A stretch of 64,000 nt of DNA from Eledone cirrhosa. Lineage: Eukaryota. The position numbers and the translations under genes are program-made. Numbering within the stretch: the first letter of the stretch is position 1; every line of letters starts with the position of its first letter. Under the pieces are notes generated by a model that was not told the DNA's origin, ran no database searches, and saw nothing but the letters and a program-made list of their open reading frames with translations. The DNA lies in assembly GCA_964016885.1 (NCBI GenBank), contig OZ024751.1, positions 2,232,001-2,296,000 on the forward strand. The letters are read 5' to 3'. Positions 56,301 to 64,000 of the stretch are shown here, in pieces.

Positions 56301-59300
56301 CTTTCTCTGTTGAACTGTCATGCTGAATCTTCCCTGTTTAACTGTCATGTTGGACCTTCTCTGTTGAACTGTCATATTGAACTTTCTCTGTTGAACTGTC
56401 ATGCTGAACCTTCTCTAATGAAATGTCATGTTGAACCTTCTCTGTTGAACTGTCATGTTGAACCTTCTATGTTGAACTGTCATATTGGGCCTTCTCTGTT
56501 GAACTGTCATGTTGAACCTTCTCTGTTGAACTGTCATGTTGAACCTTCTCTGTTGAACTGTCATATTGAACCTCCCTTGTTGAAATGTCATGTTGAACCT
56601 TCTCTGTTGAACTGTCATACTGAACCTTCCCTGTTGAACTATTATATTTAACTTTCTCAGTTGAACTGTCATGTTGAACCTACTCTGTTGAACGGTGATG
56701 CTGAATCTTCCCTGTTGAACTGTCATGCTGAACCTTCCCTGTTTAACTGTCATATTGAACTTTCTCTGTTGAACTGTCATGCTGAAGCTTCCCTGTTGAA
56801 CTGTCATATTGAACCTTCTCTGTTGAACTGTCATGCTGAACCTTCCCTGTTGAACTATCATATTGAACTTTCTCTGTTGAACTGTCATGTTGAACCTACT
56901 CTGTTGAACTGTCATTCTGAAACTTCCTTGTCGAGCTGTCATGTTGCACCTTCTCTGTTGAACTGTCATGTAGATCTGTTATGTTGAACCTTCTCTGTTG
57001 AACTGTCATATTGAACCTTCTCTGTTGAACTGTCATGTTGGACCTTCTCTGTTGAACTGTCATATGGAACCTTCCATGTTCAACTCTCATGTAGAACCTT
57101 CTCTGTTTAACTGTCATATTGAACTTTCCCTGTTGAACTGTCATGCTGAACCTTCCTTGTTGAACTGTCATGTTGAACCTTCTCTGTTGAAATGTCATGT
57201 TGAACCTTCAATGTTGAACTGTCATATTGAACCTTCTCTATTGAACTGTCATGTTGACCCTTCTCTTTTGAACTGTCATATTGAGCCTTCTCTGTTGAAC
57301 TGTCATGTTGAACATTCTCTGTTGAACTGTCATATTGAACCTTCCCTGTTCAACTGTCATGTTGAACCTTCTCTGTTTAACTGTCATATTGAACCTTCTC
57401 TGTAGAAATGTCATATTGAACCTTCTCTGTTTAACTGTCATATTTAACTTTCTCTGTTGAACTGTCATGCTGAACCTTCCCTGTTGAACTGTCATGTTGA
57501 ACTTTCTCTGTTGAACTGTCATGCTGAACCTTCCCTGTTTAACTGTCATGCTGAACCTTCTCTGTTGAACTGTCATGTTGAACTTTCTCTGTTTAACTGT
57601 CATATTGAACTTTCTCTGTTGAACTGTCATGCTGAACCTTCCCTGTTGAACTGTCATGTTGAACTTTCTCTGTTTAACTGTCATATTGAACTTTCTCTGT
57701 TGAACTGTCATGCTGAACCTTCTTTGTTGAGCTGTCATGTTGAACCTTCTCTGTTGAACTGTCATGTTGAACTGTCATGTTGAACCTTCTCTGTTGAACT
57801 GTCATATTGAACCTTCTCTTTTGAACTGTCATGCTGGACATTCTCTGTTGAACTGTCATATTGAACCTTCTCTGTATAACTGTCATATTGAACCTTCTCA
57901 GTTTAACTGTCATATTGAACTTTCTCTGTTGAACTGTCATGCTGAACCATCCCTATTGAACTGTCATGTTGAACTTTCTCTGTTGAACTGTCATACTGAA
58001 GCTTCTCTGTTGAACTGTCATATTGAATCTTCCATGTTGAACTGTCATGTTGTACCTTCCCTGTTTAACTGTCATATTGAACCTTCCCTGTTGAACTGTC
58101 ATATTGAACTTTCTCTGTTGAACTGTCATGCTGAACCTTCCCTGTTGAACTGTCATGTTGGTCCTTCCCTGTTTAACTGTCATATTGAACCTTCCCTGTT
58201 GAACTGTCATATTGAACTTTCTCTGTTAAACTGTCATGATGAACCTTCCCTGTTTAACTGTAATGCTGAACCTTCTCTGTTGAACTGTCATATTGAACTT
58301 TCTCTGTTGAACTGTCATGCTGAACCTTCCCTGTTGAACTGTCATGCTTAACCTTCCCTGTTTAACTGTCATATTGAACTTTCTCTGTTGAACTGTCATG
58401 CTGAACCTTCCCTGTTGAACTGTCATGTTGAACTGTCATACTGAAGCTTCTCTGTTGAATTGTCATATTGAACCTTCCCTGTTGACTTGTCTTGTTGGAC
58501 CTTCACTGTTTAACTGTCATATTAAACCTTCCCTGTTGAACTGTCATATTGAACTTTCTCTGTTGAACTGTCATGCTGAATCTTCCCTGTTGAACTGTCA
58601 TGCTTAACCGTCCCCGTTTAACTGTCATATTGAACTTTCTCTGTTGAACTGTCATGTTGAACCTTCTCTGTTGACCTGTCATATTGAACCTTCCCTGTTG
58701 AATTGTCATGTTGAACCTTCCCTGTTAAACTGTCATATTGAACCTTCTCTGTTGAAATATCATGTTGGACCTTCTCTGTTTAACTGTCATATTGAACCTT
58801 CTTTGTTGAACTGTCATATTGAACCTTCTCTGTTTAACAGTCTTATTGAACTTTTTCTGTTGAACTGTCATGCTGAACCTTCCCTGTTGAACTGTCATGC
58901 TGAACCTTCCCTCTTTAACTGTCATGCTGAACCTTCCCGGTTTAACTGTCATGTTGAACCTTCCCTGTTGAATTGTCATGTTGAACCTTCTCTGTTGAAC
59001 TGTCATATTGAACCTTCCCTGTTCAACTGTCATATTGAACCTTCTCTGTATAACTGTCATATTGAATCTTCTCTGTTTAACTGTCATATTGAACTTTCTC
59101 TGTTGAACTGTCATGCTGACCCTTCCATGTTTATCTGTCATGCTGAACCTTCACTGTTGAACTGTCATGTTGAAGCTTCCCTGTTGAACTGCCATGTTGA
59201 ACCTTCTCTGTTGAACTGTCATATTGAACCATCTCTGTTTAACTCTCATATTGAACCTTCTCTGTTGAACTGTCATATTGAACCTTCTCTGTATAACTGT

Positions 59301-59900
59301 CATATTGAACCTTCTCTGTTTAACTGTCATATTGAACCTTCCCTGTTGAACTGTCATGTTGGACCTTCCCTGTTTAACTGTCATATTGAACCTTCCCTGT
59401 TTAACTGTCATATTGAACCTTCCCTGTTGAACTGTGATGCTGAACCTTCCCTGTTTAACTGTCATGCTGAACCTTCTGTGTTGAACTGTCATATTGAACT
59501 TTCTCTGTTGAACTCTCATGCTGAACCTTCCCTGTTGAACTGTCATGCTGAACCTTCCTTGTTGAGCCGTCATTTTGAACCTTCTCTGTTGAACTGTCAT
59601 GTTGAACTGTCATGTTGAACCTTCTCTATTGACTGTCATATTGAACCTTATTTGTTGAACTGTCATGTTGGACCTTCACTGTTGAACTGTCATATTGAAC
59701 TTTCTCTGTTGAACTGTCATACTGAAGCTTCTCTGTTGAACTGTCATATTGAACCTTCCATGTTGAACTGTCATGTTGGACCTTCCCTGTTTAACTGTCA
59801 TATTGAACCTTCCCTGTTGAACTGTCATATTGAACTTTCTCAGTTGAACTGTCATGCTGAACCTTCCCTGTTTATCTGTAATGCTGAACCTTCTCTGTTG
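53330..59900 (+). repeat. Non-adjacent duplicated block (~53.3-55.07 kb vs ~58.2-59.9 kb, offset 4,830)
   Basis: ORF pairs 53396/58226, 53595/58425, 53814/58644, 54321/59151 and 54822/59652 are offset by 4,830. A further block, 55500/60006, is offset by 4,506. Confidence 0.85.
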
Positions 59901-62900
59901 AACTCTCATATTGAACTTTCTATGTTGAACTGTCATGCTGAACCGTCCCTGTTGAACTGTCATGCTTAACCGTCCCTGTTTAACTGTCATATTGAACTTA
60001 CTCTGTTGAACTGTCATGCTGAACCTTCACTGTTGAACTGTCATATTGAACCCTCTCTGTTTAACTGTCATATTGAACTTTCTCTGTTGAACTGTCATGC
60101 TGACCCTTCCATGTTGAACTGTCATGCTGAACCTTCACTGTTGAACTGTCATGTTGAACTTTCCCTGTTGAACTGTCATGTTGAACCTTCTCTGTTGAAC
60201 TGTCATATTGAACCATCTCTGTTTAACTGTCGTATTGAATCTTCCCTGTTGAACTGTCATATTGAACTTTCTCTGTTGAACTGTCATGCTGAACCTTCCC
60301 TGTTGAAATGTCATATTGAACTTTCTCTGTTGAACTGTCATAATGAAGCTTCTCTGTTGAACTTTCATATTGAACCTTCCCTGTTGAACTGTGATGTTGG
60401 ACCTTCCCTGTTTAACTGTCATATTGAACCTTCCCTGTTGAACTGTTATATTGAACTTTATCTGTTGAACTGTCATGCTGAACCTTCCCTTTTTAACTGT
60501 AATGCTGAACCTTCTCTGTTGAACTGTCATATTAAACTTTCTCTGTTGAACTGTCATGCTGAACCTTCCTTGTTGAACTGTCATGTTGAACCTTCTCTGT
60601 TGAACTGTCATATTGAACTTTCTCTGTTAAACTGTCATGATGAACCTTCCCTGTTTAACTGTAATGCTGAACCTTCTCTGTTGAACTGTCATATTGAACT
60701 TTCTCTGTTGAACTGTCATGCTGAACCTTCCCTGTTGAACTGTCATTCTTAACCTTCCCTGTTTAACTGTCATATTGAACTTTCTCTGTTGAACTGTCAT
60801 GCTGAACCTTCCCTGTTGAACTGTCATGTTGAACTGTCATACTGAAGCTTCTCTGTTGAATTGTTATATTGAACCTTCCCTGTTGACTTGTCTTGTTGGA
60901 CCTTCACTGTTTAACTGTCATATTAAACCTTCCCTGTTGAACTGTCATATTGAACTTTCTCTGTTGAACTGTCATGTTGAACCTTCTCTGTTGACCTGTC
61001 ATATTGAACCTTCCCTGTTGAATTGTCATGTTGAACCTTCCCTGTTAAACTGTCATATTGAACCTTCTCTGTTGAAATATCATGTTGGGCCTTCTCTGTT
61101 TAACTGTCATATTGAACCTTCTTTGTTGAACTGTCATATTGAACCTTCTCTGTTTAACAGTCTTATTGAACTTTTTCTGTTGAACTGTCATGCTGAACCT
61201 TCCCTGTTGAACTGTCATGCTGAACCTTCCCTCTTTAACTGTCATGCTGAACCTTCCCGGTTTAACTGTCATGTTGAACCTTCCCTGTTGAATTGTCATG
61301 TTGAACCTTCTCTGTTGAACTGTCATATTGAACCTTCCCTGTTCAACTGTCATATTGAACCTTCTCTGTATAACTGTCATATTGAATCTTCTCTGTTTAA
61401 CTGTCATATTGAACTTTCTCTGTTGAACTGTCATGCTGACCCTTCCATGTTTATCTGTCATGCTGAACCTTCACTGTTGAACTGTCATGTTGAAGCTTCC
61501 CTGTTGAACTGCCATGTTGAACCTTCTCTGTTGAACTGTCATATTGAACCATCTCTGTTTAACTCTCATATTGAACCTTCTCTGTTGAACTGTCATATTG
61601 AACCTTCTCTGTATAACTGTCATATTGAACCTTCTCTGTTTAACTGTCATATTGAACCTTCCCTGTTGAACTGTCATGTTGGACCTTCCCTGTTTAACTG
61701 TCATATTGAACCTTCCCTGTTTAACTGTCATATTGAACCTTCCCTGTTGAACTGTGATGCTGAACCTTCCCTGTTTAACTGTCATGCTGAACCTTCTGTG
61801 TTGAACTGTCATATTGAACTTTCTCTGTTGAACTCTCATGCTGAACCTTCCCTGTTGAACTGTCATGCTGAACCTTCCTTGTTGAGCCGTCATTTTGAAC
61901 CTTCTCTGTTGAACTGTCATGTTGAACTGTCATGTTGAACCTTCTCTATTGACTGTCATATTGAACCTTATTTGTTGAACTGTCATGTTGGACCTTCACT
62001 GTTGAACTGTCATATTGAACTTTCTCTGTTGAACTGTCATACTGAAGCTTCTCTGTTGAACTGTCATATTGAACCTTCCATGTTGAACTGTCATGTTGGA
62101 CCTTCCCTGTTTAACTGTCATATTGAACCTTCCCTGTTGAACTGTCATATTGAACTTTCTCAGTTGAACTGTCATGCTGAACCTTCCCTGTTTATCTGTA
62201 ATGCTGAACCTTCTCTGTTGAACTCTCATATTGAACTTTCTATGTTGAACTGTCATGCTGAACCGTCCCTGTTGAACTGTCATGCTTAACCGTCCCTGTT
62301 TAACTGTCATATTGAACTTACTCTGTTGAACTGTCATGCTGAACCTTCACTGTTGAACTGTCATATTGAACCCTCTCTGTTTAACTGTCATATTGAACTT
62401 TCTCTGTTGAACTGTCATGCTGACCCTTCCATGTTGAACTGTCATGCTGAACCTTCACTGTTGAACTGTCATGTTGAACTTTCCCTGTTGAACTGTCATG
62501 TTGAACCTTCTCTGTTGAACTGTCATATTGAACCATCTCTGTTTAACTGTCGTATTGAATCTTCCCTGTTGAACTGTCATATTGAACTTTCTCTGTTGAA
62601 CTGTCATGCTGAACCTTCCCTGTTGAAATGTCATATTGAACTTTCTCTGTTGAACTGTCATAATGAAGCTTCTCTGTTGAACTTTCATATTGAACCTTCC
62701 CTGTTGAACTGTGATGTTGGACCTTCCCTGTTTAACTGTCATATTGAACCTTCCCTGTTGAACTGTTATATTGAACTTTATCTGTTGAACTGTCATGCTG
62801 AACCTTCCCTTTTTAACTGTAATGCTGAACCTTCTCTGTTGAACTGTCATATTAAACTTTCTCTGTTGAACTGTCATGCTGAACCTTCCTTGTTGAACTG

Positions 62901-63296
62901 TCATGTTGAACCTTCTCTGTTGAACTGTCATATTGAACTTTCTCTGTTAAACTGTCATGATGAACCTTCCCTGTTTAACTGTAATGCTGAACCTTCTCTG
63001 TTGAACTGTCATATTGAACTTTCTCTGTTGAACTGTCATGCTGAACCTTCCCTGTTGAACTGTCATTCTTAACCTTCCCTGTTTAACTGTCATATTGAAC
63101 TTTCTCTGTTGAACTGTCATGCTGAACCTTCCCTGTTGAACTGTCATGTTGAACTGTCATACTGAAGCTTCTCTGTTGAATTGTTATATTGAACCTTCCC
63201 TGTTGACTTGTCTTGTTGGACCTTCACTGTTTAACTGTCATATTAAACCTTCCCTGTTGAACTGTCATATTGAACTTTCTCTGTTGAACTGTCATG
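58620..63296 (+). repeat. Tandem duplication of a 2,320-bp block, 2 copies, with a related third copy running off the window end
   Basis: ORF pairs 59151/61471, 59652/61972, 60006/62326, 60627/62947 and 60826/63146 are offset by 2,320. Sequence after ~63,345 again follows the 58,620 pattern. Confidence 0.92.
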
Positions 63297-64000
63297 CTGA
63301 ACCTTCCCTGTTGAACTGTCATGCTTAACCGTCCCCGTTTAACTGTCATATTGAACTTTCTCTGTTGAACTGTCATGTTGAACCTTCTCTGTTGAACTGT
63401 CATATTGAACCTTCCCTGTTGAATTGTCATGTTGAACCTTCCCTGTTGAACTGTCATATTGAACCTTCTCTGTTGAAATGTCATGTTGGACCTTCTCTGT
63501 TTAACTGTCATATTGAACCTTCTTTGTTGAACTGTCATATTGAACCTTCTCTGTTTAACAGTCTTATTGAACTTTTTCTGTTGAACTGTCATGCTGAACC
63601 TTCCCTGTTGAACTGTCATGCTGAACCTTCCCTCTTTAACTGTCATGCTGAACCTTCCCGGTTTAACTGTCATTTTGAACCTTCCCTGTTGAATTGTCAT
63701 GTTGAACCTTCTCTGTTGAACTGTCATATTGAACCTTCCCTGTTCAACTGTCATATTGAACCTTCTCTGTGTAACTGTCATATTGAACCTTCTCTGTTTA
63801 ACTGTCATATTGAACTTTCTCTGTTGAACTGTCATGCTGACCCTTCCATGTTTATCTGTCATGCTGAACCTTCACTGTTGAACTGTCATGTTGAAGCTTC
63901 CCTGTTGAACTGCCATGTTGAACCTTCTCTGTTGAACTGTCATATTGAACCATCTCTGTTTAACTGTCATATTGAACCTTCTCTGTTGAACTGTCATATT

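Larger units (their letters stand above)
1..64000 (+). repeat. 27-bp tandem satellite array, consensus TTGAACTGTCAT[G/A][T/C]TGAAC[C/T]TTC[T/C]CTG, about 2,370 monomers, single orientation, extends past both window edges
   Basis: The unit is visible on every line, and every ORF translates to 9-aa periodic peptides (NCH[IVA]EPSLL on +; MTVQQRRFN or HDSSTEKVQ on -). No non-repeat sequence or strand switch was seen. Confidence 0.99.

Noticed and set aside
1-64000. ORFs of 60-799 aa on both strands as real repeat-protein genes (e.g. Cys/His metal-binding repeats)
   Set aside because: They follow from a 27-bp unit with stop-free frames. They overlap on both strands, have no unique N- or C-terminal domains, and are repeatedly broken by amplified stop variants (TAG, TAA) and frameshifting 13-bp and 1-bp indels. 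Common variants are largely non-synonymous.
1-64000. CRISPR array (GTTGAAC/ATTGAAC resembles some repeat ends)
   Set aside because: There are no unique spacers. The intervening 7-8 nt linkers are themselves conserved and alternate, and no leader or cas genes are present.
1-64000. Telomerase-made telomeric repeat or plasmid iteron array
   Set aside because: Variants are inherited in multi-kb duplicated blocks rather than templated uniformly, there is no G-rich strand, no rep gene or origin context exists, and the length far exceeds iteron arrays.
1-64000. Diversity-generating or antigenic-variation cassette system
   Set aside because: No reverse transcriptase, recombinase or expression locus is present. 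Variation is explained by point mutation plus duplication and is not adenine-specific.
1-64000. p53-type response elements around the CATG core
   Set aside because: Flanks (TGT-CATG-TTG) do not fit RRRCWWGYYY on either strand, and half-sites are not paired.
1-64000. Whole window as a sequencing or synthetic artefact
   Set aside because: Hierarchically shared variants, private mutations and regional subfamilies are what an evolved array shows. Only the copy number of the near-identical blocks remains open to assembly error.

Overview
The whole 64-kb window is one uninterrupted, head-to-tail tandem satellite array. The monomer is 27 bp (consensus TTGAACTGTCATGTTGAACCTTCTCTG; about 2,370 monomers by length/27; about 41% GC, T-rich on +, no CpG in the consensus). 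It is itself a dimer of a 13-bp half (TTGAACTGTCATG) and a 14-bp half (TTGAACCTTCTCTG) that share TTGAAC. I see no unique sequence, inversion, transposon, RNA gene, CRISPR array or credible gene. All ORFs in the track arise because 27 bp is 9 codons and three consensus frames lack stops. The informative structure is in the monomer variants, which reveal nested higher-order duplications (about 1.4, 1.5, 1.6, 2.3, 3.0, 3.7, 4.8, 5.75 and 10.9 kb), regional subfamilies with sharp boundaries, and recurrent 40- and 53-bp monomers made by slippage of the 13-bp half. This organisation is typical of eukaryotic heterochromatic satellite DNA. I cannot identify the organism or satellite family from sequence alone, and I find no support for a novel protein-coding system. 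The best functional leads are motif arrays within the monomer, and these are inference only.
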